DNA from: Proteromonas lacertae
Taxonomy: Eukaryota
Direction of reading: 5' to 3'
DNA length: 24,111 nt
Assembly: GCA_002245135.1 (NCBI GenBank)
Contig: NGBS01000034.1
Span: forward strand, 62,001-86,111
The translations under genes were made by a program, and so were the position numbers. Positions 22,851-24,111 of the stretch are shown here, piece by piece; within the stretch, counting starts at the first letter, position 1, and each line of letters opens with the position of its first letter. The notes below the pieces were generated by a model that searched no databases, had not been told where the DNA came from, and saw only the letters and a list, made by a program, of their open reading frames with translations.

Positions 22851-23240
22851 TATATAACCGTAAGAATATCACTGTATGTGGGTAAACCGTACCAGACTAT
22901 TCTTAGGTGCCTTCTACAGATAAGAATAAGCGATTTGAGTGTGAATTAGTTTTTGGTACGGTTATACTGGAGCAAGTGGTGAATTTAAAATTGTGTATAT
23001 ATTTTAGTGTGTGAATAAATTTATGGGGTCAAATTTTATTTTTATGTTTTTAATAGTTTTTAGCATAGGATAATAGAAATAAAGTGTTTAAATAGATAGT
23101 TAGCTACCTGTTCTACCCCCGGCAGGGTAGCTACTTTATAGAATAAGAAATGTATTTCTATGTAAGTAAGTAGCGTGTCCTGTGTAGCCTAGCTAGGACT
23201 TAGTGATTAAATAGTGTGGTGCCAAGCTACAGAATACGTT
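22851..23240. other. Non-coding block with short inverted repeats that truncates pPolB; possible end of another mobile element
   Basis: (TA)n then TATAACCGTA (22853-22862) / TACGGTTATA (22957-22966); AACCGTACCA (22885-22894) / TGGTACGGTT (22954-22963); TAGCTACCTG...CAGGGTAGCTA hairpin at ~23101-23133. Confidence 0.35.
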
Positions 23241-23479
23241 CTTACTTTTTTAGTTATTTTTTCATTCATCAATTTATTAATGGATTTATATAGTGTAGTT
23301 AAAAACATTCAAAAGAATTTAAATAGTGTCAAAAATATATATTTAAAGAATTATCTGCAGTATTCTATATTTTTTAATAAATCGAAATTCTGACGAGAAA
23401 CTGTTGTTATAAACAGAAAAAAGAAACAGTTTTGATTTTCCTGATATTTTTGAAAAACCTTTTTTATCAAAAAAAAAAA

Positions 23480-23945
23480 ATGTTTGCTTTCAACTTTGCT
23501 TATTAGAAATAGTGAAGATTATTTAGATAAGTGTATATGTGGAACTTGTAAGTTTTACTTATATTTTAACCATAATATAAGTGCAGTTTTAGATAGTCCA
23601 TTACCTAAGGAAGAGATAAAGTCTTATAATGAATTCTGTGCTATTTGTCATCAAAAGATGTGGACAAAGTATAGTGATAAGAGATATTGCATGATGCTTT
23701 TCGATATAAACCATCAATAAAACCAAGAGGATTAAATAAACATTATTTTGCAGTGTTTGATAAGTATATTGAGTGGTTAACACTACCTGAAGGAATGGGA
23801 AGTGTTCATTTGAAGAAGAATCCTATGTTGGAAACATTAAGTAAAGAAGAATTATATATTTGATGATAGTGATGATGATGAGGAAGAAGAAGTACAAGAA
23901 GAAGTTAAAGGAAATAATGATCAAACTACAATAAACATAGCCTAA
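23480..23945 (+). pseudogene. Small Cys-motif protein of unknown function with acidic tail, frameshifted
   Basis: ATG after a poly-A run at 23480; CICGTC and CAIC motifs; coding-like continuation LHDAFRYKPS...WLTLPEGMG... and DDSDDDEEEEVQEE...NIA* after frameshifts. Confidence 0.4.
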
Positions 23946-24111
23946 ATTTTAAAACGAATCTTTATCTTAAAATGATTTGGAACAGGGTTTAAAAATATGC
24001 GTAATTTAATAAAAATCACATAACATAATAAAAATAATATACAAACATAATAAAAAATATAATAACCATAATATAATTATTACTAAAATGGTTCTGTAAC
24101 ACCTGTATCTA

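Noticed and set aside
1..24111. All disruptions being long-read sequencing errors
   Set aside because: In-frame stops and multi-codon deletions are present, while the integrase, the GT2-like gene and the 166-bp repeats are clean. Individual homopolymer shifts may still be errors.

Overview
Very AT-rich eukaryotic (protist-like) DNA made of nested mobile elements and gene wreckage. All family calls rest on my own motif recognition; no database searches were run. (1) 1-6160: decayed Polinton/Maverick-type endogenous virus module with a double-jelly-roll major capsid, a penton, a Pro-rich coiled-coil gene split by a 1.16-kb hAT insertion (8-bp TSD), and an adenain-like protease. (2) 6.5-9.8 kb: a glycan-modification trio (DUF229-like, GT15/KRE2-like mannosyltransferase, bacterial/giant-virus-type GT2-like). 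(3) 9.9-12.2 kb: a dead hAT transposon. (4) 12.4-15 kb: an AGC-kinase tail fragment abutting a Ginger-like integrase element whose gene appears intact once 30- and 34-nt introns are spliced. (5) 15.4-20.2 kb: pseudogenised flagellar genes (axonemal dynein heavy-chain fragment joined to a deleted HYDIN). (6) 20.2-22.85 kb: a Polinton protein-primed PolB that is cut off and joined directly to HYDIN. Tiny 28-43 nt GT-AG introns suggest a Blastocystis/Opalinata-like host (inference only).
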